NCBI GenBank assembly: GCA_012026655.1
Contig: JAAILG010001628.1
Coordinates: forward strand, 1 to 63,947
DNA: 63,947 bases
Source: Hydrolagus affinis
Lineage: Eukaryota
Reading direction: 5' to 3'
The position numbers and the translations under genes are program-made. A model generated the notes under the pieces. It was given only the letters and a program-made list of their open reading frames with translations. It did no database searches and had not been told where the DNA came from. How positions within the stretch are numbered: position 1 is the stretch's first letter; each line of letters starts with the position of its first letter. Positions 51,081 to 63,299 of the stretch are shown here, one piece after another.

Positions 51081-52246
51081 CAATAGATAGACTGATACAA
51101 CTATAGCACCATCCATATACTGGTATAAAACAAACTGAAACTGCCGGTAATACAAACTGAGATAAACAAATACATATATACAATGTGACTAAAACTTTGG
51201 CGAATTTCTCTTTTTCCATTTACCTCCATGTGAAGTAAACATGTGGGTGAAACCATTTTTTAAAAAGTCTAATTTTAAGTGTTATTGTTTAACGAGGAAT
51301 CAACTTGTTTAAACAAGGCACTCAAGAATCTAAAAAATTGCATTTCTTTTTCAATTCCACCTCTACTTAGATTGACTAGTTTATTCAAACTAAGTAGAAC
51401 ACAATTCACCCCTCCATTGATAACCTCCTATAGTGCAATGAGAATATATGAGAATATACACGGAGTGTTTCCATCAATGGACACAAGATGAAAGTTAATC
51501 AATCGGTAGATTGAACTTTCATAATCCACACACTCAAAGCCAAAGGAATTCTACCCCAAACCAGTCATATTCAACATTTTAATCATAAATCATCTTAACT
51601 TAGAATATTCCTGGTTGCAGGATAACATTCTTGGTTTTCTTTTATGCAATTATTGTACAAACAGATTCTGTTGGCCTCATCAGTTCCATTAAAATACCGT
51701 ACCATACAGCTATATGGTTTGTATTGCAATATGGCCATTAATTTCAAAGTTTAAGGATATCATAAAAATATTTTTTGCATTTGATATTATGTCTTATCAC
51801 ATCTTCAAGATGACTCATAACGCTTCACAGAATATACAGTAAAGCATAGTGATTATATACGATACATGGTTGTCAACAGAGAAAATGCTAGATTTATATT
51901 TGATTAAACGTTTCTGCAGAGGCCTGGTGAAAGAGACTTGATGGATTGAATGTCTGCCTCATGTTCCTGTTTTCCTAACGAGTGTTGCTTGTAATGATCG
52001 ACAATCAACGGATCTATGTTGCAGAATTTCTAGATCACAGCTTTATAGACAACCTACCATACAAGTATTTACCGTACCCAGATATGGTACCATAGTCTGG
52101 ATCAGTTAACAATTCAGTTAACAATAATTCAAATGAACAACTTGACACATAAAATAGATGGCTTCTACATTCAAAACTATTGCGTTCTAAAATGAAAGCA
52201 AATTAAATGTATAAAATTATACAAATTCAAAGCAACAGCTACTTAC

Positions 52247-52263
52247 CCAGTCTGTGAAGCCAT
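52247..52263 (-). CDS. AFF4: Candidate AFF4 upstream coding exon (MASQTG)
   Basis: ATG GCT TCA CAG ACT GG|GTAAGT splices in frame to exon 2, giving [14 protein letters not shown]. Possible acceptor cttttctgtag ends at 52280. Confidence 0.65.
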
Positions 52264-53483
52264 GGAAAACTGTGTGAAGCTACAGAAAAGGCTTCACTGA
52301 TCTGAGAAAGACATTTCACACCACATAACTTCCCTCCTCTCCAGGCAATCAGCAAATTCAATTTTCTCTGTAGTCTTTAAAGAAACAAAAAAAACTTAAG
52401 TGGGGAGAAATTGTCTACATGCAATCCATTCAGGTTCTCTGTTTCAGTATCTGCATCAATTAAATCTAGACCGATATAAGACAGTTATAAGATCATAAAC
52501 ACACAAAATCCCCAATTTTATATGAAATCTGTTTACACACAATATATTGTACTACAGAAAAGCAGTACAATTTTCATCCCAAAATTATTTTTATATTTGG
52601 ATTACAATTAGCAAATTAATCGCGAGCGTTTTAAATAGTTTCTATTCCCCTTATATTTAAGTCATTCGGTTAACCAAAATTACCATAATTTTCTCCCTAG
52701 GTTTAGTTCTAATATTACTCTTCATAAAGTAATGAATACATAGCATAATTTGAAGCAATACTCCACTCCATCATGGCAGCAATGGTTGTATGATTAGTGA
52801 TAAGTAAAATAGAGAAATCATACAGAAAATTGTGAACTTTCACATAAAAGAAAAATGGTAGAATCTATCAAGTATCTTTTAAGAACTTACTAGGCTAACA
52901 GATGGTGCCACTCCCTCAAACACGATGCAAAATAGACAACATTTGCAACCAATTAGAATGCACACATTTCACAAAGAGTGTGCTTTGTCATGTGCAGTAC
53001 AATCTTCCACCCAGAACAGTGTCACTTTTAAAAAAAAGAAAATTGGCATACTGGAGATAACCCACAATCAACTTAAAACAGCAGCAAACTCACCAACAAT
53101 CTAATTATAAATATACTGTGAAGCTTTGGAACTGATCATAGTGAGCCTGTATGTTCACAGACAACATTCAGTGTTCTTTACAGTATATCCTCTTTGGGAA
53201 ATCCTCCCAAATGATTATGATTAAATGGGTATGTGTATCACTTGAATAATCATCCTTGTTTATTTGCATTAGCCTTAATGTTTCTAGATACAAATTGAAC
53301 ACTACAAGTACAATTCTTAGCCTTCACTAAATTCAATTCATTGATCATGCAGTATTCAAAGGCTTTAAAACTTTTAGCCCGAATGTACAGCATGAATCAG
53401 ATGTAAAGAGTAAACTTGCCAATGGTGCACCACACAGAAGGTTCAAGTTCTACAAAGCCCTTGAAGAAACAATACCCAAATGT

Positions 53484-53733
53484 AAACAAAACACAAAATA
53501 CTACACATGCTGGGAATATGAAACAAAAACAAAAGTTGCTGGGGAAACTCAGCAGGTCTAACAGCATCCATGGAGAAAGGAAAAAGAGTCAACGTTTCGG
53601 CTCTACAACCCTTCGTCAGGACTGACAAAGGGTTTTTCCAGTCTTGTAGACCTGAAACGTTGACTCTTTTTCCTTTCTCCATGGATGCTATTTGACCTGC
53701 TGAGCTTCCCCAGCAACTTTTGTTTTTGTTTCA
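53484..53733. mobile_element. Penelope-type terminal repeat in inverted (palindromic) arrangement
   Basis: 90-bp arms at 53519-53608 and 53644-53733 (5 mismatches), with inversion centre ~53620. CTGAnnA...GAAAC motifs occur on both strands. Confidence 0.6.
53587..53623 (-). ncRNA. Minimal type I hammerhead ribozyme-like motif
   Basis: AGUC-CUGACGA-ag-GGUU guag AGCC-GAAAC-GUU-GACU: conserved core, stem I AGUC/GACU, stem II GGUU/AGCC and a palindromic ACGU in place of stem III. Confidence 0.5.
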
Positions 53734-53909
53734 AATACTCAAATGTAGCTGGCCTGTAAAGGCACTGGGCACAAATTAATGGGTGCAACCAAAAATGAAA
53801 ATCTGCAACATTCCTCTGACTCCTTGATCAGTGATCACTGGCAAAAGCCTCAGGCTGTATGCAAATCCTGTATGATAGGAACAACAGGTGAGGTGCTGGT
53901 TTCAAAATA

Positions 53910-54704
53910 CAGGTACCCCTCCCCAACCGCGGGGGATACGTTGCTGAATACCTCCACGGTTAGTGAAACCGCGGTTGGAAAATACAGGGCCCCATGGGAA
54001 ACATGGGGTTAGGGGGAGCAAAGTTTGGGAGCACTGGCTGCCAGGAACTGCAACAATCTGCGAGGTTGTCTGACTTGACTGTCTGATCTACACACAGACA
54101 CAGAGAGAAATCAATGGAGATGGTGTGGTGGGTGACATGGAGTGGGAGGGGTGTGATGTGGAGAAGGTAGTGTGGTGAGTGACGCGGGGGGGAGGGGGGG
54201 TGTGGAGAAGATGTGGTGGGTGACATGGTGGGGGGGTGGGATGTGGAGAAAGTGGTGTGGTGGGTGAGACAGAGGGACGTGGAGAAGGTGGTGTGGTGGG
54301 TGACATGGTGAGTGGGGGGGGACGTGGAGAAGGTGGTGTGGTGGGTGACATGGTGAGTGGGGGGGGATGTGGAGAAGGTGGTGTGGTGGGTGAGACGGAA
54401 TGGCGGGGGATGCGGAGAAGCGACAATAAATTCATGTTATTTATCTTAATCCTAAAAGAGAAGTGACATCGTCGCTAGTTGATTGCGACATCGCAACTGG
54501 GTCCTCCTAGCACCAAACGCTAGCGCGAAGCGACATTGTGGCTAGTTGAGGCAACTGGGTCCTAGCGCCAAACGCTAGTGTTAGTGTTAAAAACCCGTTG
54601 ATAAGCAAAACCCATTGCCGTGGTTAGCAAGGGTTGTCGTAGCGAGCCAACCGTGGATAAGTGAAATTTGCGGTAGAAAAAAACACGGTTGGGGCAGGGC
54701 ACTG
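53910..54704. mobile_element. Tigger-like non-autonomous DNA transposon
   Basis: TA|caggtacccctccccaaccgcg ... rc cagtgccctgccccaaccgtg. The sub-terminal ccgcgggggatacgtt and accgtggataagtgaa resemble recalled MER2/Tigger-group ends. Confidence 0.65.
54115..54420. repeat. G-rich minisatellite, ~35-45 bp unit
   Basis: ggagaaggtggtgtggtgggtgacatggtgagtggggggggacgt-like units, about 7 degenerate copies. Confidence 0.9.
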
Positions 54705-55840
54705 ATGTTGCATAATTTTTTTTTAAAAAGTCATTAATTTTATTACGAAGCAAAGCTACCAACATACTCTATTGTTGTTTATGGTGGTGATGTAACAGAA
54801 GAAACTTTGCTGGGAATGATAAAGCAATGAATTGTAATTTAGGATTATCTTTTCTGGATGAAAGTTGTGCTTATTAGATAAGGGTATTTGGGGAAACTGA
54901 TCATATTTGCCTTGATACAAGTATATTGTTATATCTAGTGCACTGCAATACCGTAAGTACAAACCCCAACCACTTTGATGAAACTCAAACTGAACAGACA
55001 TATAGTAATTTTTTACATTTTTCTTCCACACCCACTGATGACTCTGTGGCAGTAGTCTTGAAATATGAGTGTATCCATCTGAATTCTCGATTACCTCCCC
55101 CATTTCCTAGAAGTCAACGCAATAATCACTATCAGCAAACAATCCAACCACAAGACAATTTTCACTGACCAGCACAAACATCTCTGGTGTCTGACACTTA
55201 CACAAACTCATCACCGTGCTTAAGAGTATCCAAATTAGATGGAAGGTTCCATGTATGCCACCTACATGTGGAAATTATGTTTTGACTTTGAATGTGCAAT
55301 CTCTCCTTAAAGGCACCATGCTTACCCACTTCCAGAAAGTATAAGGCCGTTTAACAAGAGGCAAGACTTGGAAACTGTATGTATTGGGATGCTACTGGAA
55401 TTTAGTCAGCTAAAAATGCATAGCTTGGCATTGAAAACACTGTTTAGCAAGATTTCCGCTACTTGTGAGGATGGTTTGATCTAGCTATTAGCTTTCTGGC
55501 TTGCAAGGCTAACAGGAGGTGAATGCGAAGAATTCCTGACCCCAGTGCCTTCACGTCCCACTAGTGAGTCAGATTGCCACGTCTGTCCGCAGCATTGCCT
55601 GGAGTACTGCACATACCTGGCTACTGAGACCACTACAGAGGTATTGCCAAGCATATAATTCTGGAGCCAGTTCAGGTCCAAAGAGACCCCCACTTCCCTG
55701 TGTATAGTCAAACCTCATTCAAAAACACATGTAATTTGAGTATGGATCAACAGACAGTAACAAAGAGTAGGTAACTAGCATGTGCTTCCGCACTTCTGTT
55801 TATAACAATCTTTCCTTAATCCTTGAACTAGCAAATGGTT

Positions 55841-56008
55841 TAATAATAATAATCCTCGCATTTGATTTTAGCGCTTTTCACGTCTTCTAGACGACTCATT
55901 CAAGTGCTTCACAGAATATACTGTAACGTGAAATTGACTGTATATATGTAGGTGAAACGTGGCAGCCAATGCGCACAGCAGATTCCCACAAACAGTCGTG
56001 GATTGAAA
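55841..56008 (-). mobile_element. SINE 3' half
   Basis: Family tail and body. Confidence 0.7.
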
Positions 56009-57885
56009 TTTTATTATCGTGTTTTTTTTTGCTTATGTTGCTCAGCATATCCCAATGTCAGGAAATCTGGCACACCCCATAGGAGAACCTTTAATTTTAC
56101 CCACTAAAGCACCTCGTAATTTTGTGCATAATTTTAAACATTTAAAAGTACTGAATACTTCATTTTTGATTGCTGTTGGGGAAAAACGCATCAATGAATT
56201 CATTATTTAATATGAGCTGTTAGAAATTAGACCTGAAATGGTCACATTTTCAAATAGGAGTATCACTATGACAAGTTTGCTTTTACCCACTGGAAATTTT
56301 TAACAAGGGAAAAAATAAAACACATCAAGTGCTTGGATACTAAACCCATCAATTCTACTTCCCTCTAGTGCAAGATATTCAATGCACCCAATAAATCAAT
56401 TTGATGAAATGTAACATTCTGTCTTTCTACAATGTTTGCTTCACAGGTGTGGTGACTCAAGCTAAGAAAATAATTTTCTAAGCCAAATAAAGTTTTGCTA
56501 GTTTATAGTTTATAAAGTAGTATAGAACTGAATCATCTGTCAGGAATTATCTGTCAGGAATCGAACTGGAATCCTATCTGCTTAACATAATGTTAGATAT
56601 ATGTTTGTTATTAACAGAATTCAAGCTGACAGCATGTGAATGCAGGAATTTTTTTTCATTACACAAACATATGAAATATAAACTAATTTATGCAAAGATA
56701 AAATATGATTCATCACAAGCCATTAGAGATGCACAACTGGAAAACCATAGATACCCAATATATAACATGTATCTGATGTGTATATATGTAGTTAATACTT
56801 TTACCAAGCAACTATGATAGTTTTCAAGCTGGGGAGATGTAGATTTATATTTTTAACCTAGCAAAATGCATATTATTGAACATTTGCAATACCATAAAAT
56901 AACAAATATGATCTATTCTTTCAACTCCCACATTTACAAAATAATCTGCTAGCATCACCCCTACACATCAAAATGTCACTACTAACTACAAATAATTAGT
57001 AGAAGTGAAAAAATGACACCCTTTTACATCCCCTTTTAAAAAAATATTTGTGCTGGCTTATTTAAGCACATCATTGTTATTTCAGTCTTGAAAGCATGAT
57101 ACAGATACATTTTTACATCAATATGTGTTAGCATGATGTCAACAACAACAAAATTGCATTTGTATAGCGCCTTTCATGTCAGGAAGATATCCCAAGGTGT
57201 TAGACAATCAGTGTTTTAGACTTGAGCTGGGGTTCAGGATCGTGCAGGGTGGAGGGGAAAGGAGGATGATCGAAGGAATGGTGAAAAGAGGAGGGTCTTG
57301 AAGAAAGCAAGGGAGGGGCCTCCGAGTATCAAACTGTCGATTCGACAATTTTGGCACTGGCAATTCTTTTGACACTTTGATTCATACAATCACTTTTGAC
57401 AATTTTATTATAAATTCTTGCTAAAACATTAAAATCTAGCTCTTCTAAATTTGTATAATACTATCAATACACTTTAACAAACTCCATCTTGAAAGTACAA
57501 TGGACAATAGAAACAAAGCAAACAATAATGTGTGCTAAATATGCTTCGACTTGAATTTTGTTCTAGAAACTTTGTTATTGTTTTACACTTCCAAGAAAAT
57601 AATGAATTTATAAATCCACCAAGAAATATTATTTCAATCTATTCAAAACTTTCTTCAGAAGAACCTAGACAGAACCGCTGTTGTATATACAAAACTAATC
57701 AGCAACTTTATAGCTGTTTATGTAAGACTTTTTAAAATTATGTTCTACAAAAATCATGGTACAATATTATGGAGTTTGTCTTCCTGCCTGAAAGGTAATC
57801 ATCACTTATCTTGTTCAATACACACATTTGTGTCATCTCCAGTTTCTGACACCCTTTTACATCTCCCTAAAAAAAGTTTCTGTAT

Positions 57886-58161
57886 AGTTTCCTTACTCCA
57901 CATACACGTCTCTTTTTACCTAGCAGTAAGTAGAAACCCGCTTGTTAATCGATTGGCGATCGCTTTCCAGGGATAACAATCCCTTCCAATAAAATTTATA
58001 ATTTGGTCGCTCAATCCACAAATGGCTGTGGAACATTGCTGTGTGCGATTGGCTGCTGCATTTTGCCCACAAAATATACAGTCTCTAAACTGTATATTGC
58101 CCTGTGAAGCACTTTCAGACATCTCGAAAATGTGATAAAGCACTATATCAAATGCATGGAT
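57886..58161 (+). mobile_element. SINE lacking its head
   Basis: gtttccttactccaca... followed by the body and tail. Confidence 0.7.
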
Positions 58162-58329
58162 TTTTTTAAGAATACCTTGAAGAACACAGTGGGCCACAAG
58201 CACAAACAGCACATCGTATCTGAAATATAATATTTTGCTAAATGGATTAAATATCTCTTGAATTGTCCCATAATCTTTAATGCACAAAGGGAGAAATATA
58301 TATATCTTCAATGTTTCATAATTGTTTGA

Positions 58330-59200
58330 GCACTATCGTACTGGTTACTGTCTCAGACCAAACATTGTGGATATTTTCTCTTGTAAAATACGACCCTCAA
58401 CTCCAGGCCCACTGCTGTCTTGACAGAATGTCTGTCAGTCATCAAGTCCTAGATGAGAGTGAACTTTTTTCAATTAAATGTCAACAAGGCCCTCCCTATT
58501 GACTCACATCAACATCTCCACACTTCAGCCACTGACAGCATCATCATCTATGGATGCACACTCCATCTCACTAAGCCAGTCTGGAACCTTGATGTCTTGT
58601 TCAACCCTCAACCATCCTTTCTACCCCACATCCTTGCCACGACCTGTGCTTCCTTCCGTCACATCCGCTACATTGCCCGGCATTGTTGCTTGTCGGCCTC
58701 CCCAACTCCTCCCTCCACGAGCTGCAAATCATCCAGAACTCTGCAGCCCCTGTCCTCTTCCGCTCTAGTCTGTCATCCCCATCCTATCACCCCCATCCAT
58801 GCACAACTCCTTTGGCTTCCTATCACAATTCAGGATCCTGGTCCTTACCTTCAAAGTCCTCCAAGGCCTCGCAACCTCCTAACCTAACCCATTTTCAACC
58901 TGTCTGCTCTCTCTGCTCAGCTGGCTCCGGCCTACTTCATGTCCCCCGCTTCGCCCACCTCACAACGGGCAGATAGGCCACTCTGCCCCCATCCTGTGGA
59001 ACTTTATCCTGCAGACCCACCACCTCTCCTCATCCCCTGCCTCCTTCAAGGCCCACCTCAAAGCCCTCCTCTTCAATCAACCTCCTTTCCCCACCCCTGC
59101 CTGCCAACCTCCCCAATCCCGATGCCCCAATTAGGGTCCGCAATACTGTCTGCCTAGCATCTTGGAACGTCATTCCGGCATGAAAGGCACTATATAAATG
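58330..59200 (+). mobile_element. Degenerate L2 LINE 3' ~0.9 kb
   Basis: Frameshifted RT C-terminal remnants (NFFQLNVNK, LQIIQNSAA, LLWLPI) and an L2 tail. Confidence 0.75.
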
Positions 59201-60504
59201 ACAAAATGGCAATGGGAATGGCAAATTATTAGCATCATTCTTTATTCATGTCACTGGGGCAGAATACAATGTACAGTATTTGCTTCTGGGCCGACTATCG
59301 CTCAGAAAGCAGATGAAATTATAAGTAGCCCTTTCATAATATTTACATTGTGATAATTTAATAAAATAGAAATTTCTCAATTCATCCTCTCTAAATTGTT
59401 AAATATTGCTACATCAAATGCAAGGATTATCATGTTTATCATTATTATTAGTTAATCTAACTCAAAAGACCCTTTTTGTAAGCCAAATATTAAATCAAAC
59501 TGATAGATTAATATTGTGATGTCATAAAGGCGGTTTCTCAAACCACTAGTTTGGGACGTCCTCCCGACGTGAAAGGGGCTTTACAAATGCAATATTGTAT
59601 TTGAAACATCCTCGGTAAGCCAGAATACTAAGTACAGTAAAACAGTAAAATAAAAAGGCACCATAAACCTCAGTCTAATGTTTAAGTAGCTGTGCAATCA
59701 TAACTCAAGGGTTTTCAGAACAAAATCATATTGCTGTTAATGTTCGGTAGAAACATATTTATTCACTGACCTCAAATACACAGATGGCAATCATCAGCCT
59801 GGATTCCTGATCATGAATGTTGCCCAGCACTACTTGAAAATATTCATGATGCAACTGGGAGAGGACATGACTCAGATTGAAAAAAGGCCACTCTTGCCCA
59901 ACAAACTCACTCCCATGGTGCATTAACTCTTCTACCATGGCAATTAAACATGTATTTGACAAGATATTTTCCCTGAAGTTTGTTCACCATTTTTATCTTC
60001 TGATTCTACTATTCATTTCACGCTGAAGTAATGGTTAAGATTTATCTTCTCCATACTATTTACTGCTCTTATGCAAACCTCATGAGTGCTTAGTGATTTA
60101 CCCTGATAAACATGGTCTCAATTGAGATCAATAGTGAATCAATAGGGAGGTTTAAGAGAGACTAGGATACTACAGATATTAAATAGTATGGCAAAAGGGA
60201 AGGAATTTGGATTAAACAATGTGTCAAGATCTAAAACAGGTAGAAACAGGCCAACAAACTGAATATTCTCCCCTAATTCTGGTTTTCTTATGTTTCTATG
60301 GCTCACAATTTTTAACAAAAAATTCATTTCAGAAATTGGGTGACATCGATAGGGCCATTTATTGCCTATTCTCTGGTTGCCCTGAGAAGTTGCTAATGGA
60401 CCTTCCTTTTAAAGCAATTGGTATTCAGTAGTATCACACAACTGCTATATCAAATGCAATAACATTTGATGTAGCAGTTGTGTGATAACTGCTACATCAA
60501 ATGC

Positions 60505-61640
60505 AATAACAACTTGCATTTACATAGCCCTCTCCATGCTGGGCATTTCAGAGCGCTTCACAATGGCAGAGCCCAAGGCCAAGCCAGGGTTAGGGGGAAG
60601 CTGACCGTAAGAGCAGTCAAAGAGAAAGGTCTTCAGACGCAACCAGAAGAGGGGTGAGGACTGAGTGAGGCAGACAGAGGTAATTCCAAAGTTTCGGAGC
60701 GTAGTGGCTGAAAACATGTCCACCAATGGTGGAGCGGAGGATTCAGGGGACAAGGAAGAGGACACGCACACAGTAGAGCAGAGGCAGCAGGTACTGCTGT
60801 AAGGAGAGAGGTTAGAGAAGTAAAGGGGGAGAGGGGGTCTTAAACACAAGAGTGGATTTAAACACGAGTGAGGATCTTGAAGTCAATCTGCTCTGTGACA
60901 GTGGAGTTAGACAAGGGCTGGGGTAAACGGGGTACAAAGTTTGGTGCAGGTGAGAATGTGGGTGAGCTGAATTTTGTGAATGGTGGAGGAGGTGAGACCT
61001 CAAGGAGGGCATTGGGAGTAGTCCAGCCGAGAGGTGACAAAGGTATGGACCAGGGTTTCAACAGCTTTTGGGGTGAGGTATTGATGTGAGACAGGCAATA
61101 TAGTGGAGATGGAAGAATGCGGTGCTGGTGAAGGACTGGATATGGGGGAGGAAGGATAACTGGGGATGGAATCTGATGCAACTTGAAATTGCACACAGTT
61201 TCAGAGAGTTGTAAGGACAGCTCGGGAAGGTCGAGGAGGTTGGAAGTGTGAGGCAGAAGAAGTTGTCGGGAGCCAGAGTATGGCTTTTGCCTTGTTGACA
61301 TTTAACTGCAGGAAATTCACACTCATCCAGCTCTTGATGTCTGACAGTCCCCTGATGTTCTACAAGCTGATAGAACATCAGGGGACTGCAATTGGAGGTG
61401 GAAAACTAGAGTTGGGTGTCAACCGCAAACATGTGAAAGTTAATCTAGTGTCATCATGACATCACCGAGAAGGTGCATGAAGATGAGGAAGAGAAAGGGG
61501 GCCAAGGATGGAGCCTTGGGGTACCCCGTAGGTGACCGGGTGAAAGAACCATATGCAGAAATGTAGTGGTGGCGGTTTGTGAGATAGGACTCGAACCAAG
61601 CAAGTGCAGTCCCACTAAGATGGATGATTTTGGACAATAA
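60505..61640 (-). mobile_element. Degenerate L2 LINE 3' ~1.1 kb
   Basis: SGTALAWFESYLTNR and AVETLVHTFVTSRLDYS remnants, with an L2 tail. Confidence 0.8.
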
Positions 61641-61886
61641 CGCAAGGATTACTATTATTATTAGTGAACAAGTTAAGAATTTTACAACAATCTGGCAGTT
61701 TTGTGGAATTTTTCTGATCTACCGGTAGGTCAATTACTCATTTCTAAAATTCTAATTACACAAACTGCCATTGCAAGATTTAAACACATGACTTTTGAGT
61801 TGCTAGTCGAGTAACATTACTAGTCCAGTAACATTCGATACAATATCAACCACACAAATTCTCTTGTGGTTTCTTTCAACAACCTT

Positions 61887-61929
61887 ATATATTATATATA
61901 TATATATATATCATATATATAATATATAT
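61887..61929. repeat. (TA)n microsatellite
   Basis: Seen directly. Confidence 0.85.
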
Positions 61930-63299
61930 GTAAACACTCACACACTATCTCTACATGGGGATTGTTAACCCACAGGACAGCATAAAGTTTAATTGGAGAC
62001 CCAGTCATTGAATAGCCAGTTAACGTTAATATATCAAGAATGGCTAAGACCCCACAATAAGTCAGGTAGCATAGGAACTGCCTATGAAGTGTGAAGGGGA
62101 AAATAGTTGTAAAAAAAATTATTGAAACAGACTCCATATAAACGTTTCTGCCAAATCAATGCCATTCAATCAGCCCCCAGCAATTGTTTTTCAGCATGTG
62201 AGTAATCTGCACTCACTCATTAATCCGTTGCACTGACGCAGACGAGTCCTTGAATAAATGTTTTGTGCCTTGAGACCAATTCTGGGCTGCCGAACTATGA
62301 ACATATTTCAATTTGTCTATTCTAGTTACGAAAGTAGTAGCTATGTAATACCTATTGTTATAACAGAATCCATTTATTATTCTTTCCAAAAATGTACAGT
62401 GTCTGGGAAAAGACAATTTGTGCCAACATCCAGTCTCATTCACCAACTGGGAATGCACATCAAGGTTTATTTACTATCACTATAGAGATACAAAATGTCT
62501 GCTGTCACTAGGCCTCTGACCTTAACTTTAAACTATAAAATATGAGAACATGGGCATAAGCAAATGTACTGATTCTCCACTCCATCTACAGTATATACAA
62601 CACTATCTACAATGTTTCTAAAATGAACTTCCGAAAATGTTATTGCAAGTAACAATTTTAAGACAGTATTTTATTTAATGTAAAGGAATAGAAACAATAA
62701 TTTGTAGTGGTAAAATAAAACTAATGATAACATTTGCCTATGAAACAAGCCTTATTACTTTGTCAAAATGTCTCAAAACATTTCACAGAATTTATTAAAG
62801 TGTAGCGAATAAACCCACACCACAGAGAGTGTTTATATATCCCTATATTTCCTAGTTCTTTGTGATCTCTATCTAGGCTTTGGCTAAATTCAATCGAAAT
62901 CACAATAGAAGCAGACACTGACCCCACCAATGCCACAGTAGATTTTATTATGTCATCAAAATATTTATTTAGAACAAAAGGCATTGAATATTATTATCAG
63001 CAACGATTACCAACAGAGTCAAACGCTCTAAAATATTTTAGTTAATGCATCAATTGCTCGATGATATACAGATAAGAAAGCTCAGTATGTTTTAAACGAT
63101 GCACACTTGTAGATTACAAATCTTCAGATATTTAAGATAAATATCTTTCACAGGATATGCAAAAAATAATTTTAACTGTAAAAAAAAACTGTTCTAAAAC
63201 AATCGGCTGCGTTTATTGACAATCGCATGATCAGACTACATAAACACACAAGTTTCACAAGACTAATCAATGTGTCCAGCTCTCGCCACAACTAAAGCA

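Noticed and set aside
53416-53788. ORFs sharing KQKQKLLGKLSRSNSIHGERKKSQRF on opposite strands
   Set aside because: Produced by the inverted repeat, not a duplicated gene.
54088-54466. Pro-rich and Gly-rich ORFs on both strands
   Set aside because: Translation artefacts of the minisatellite.
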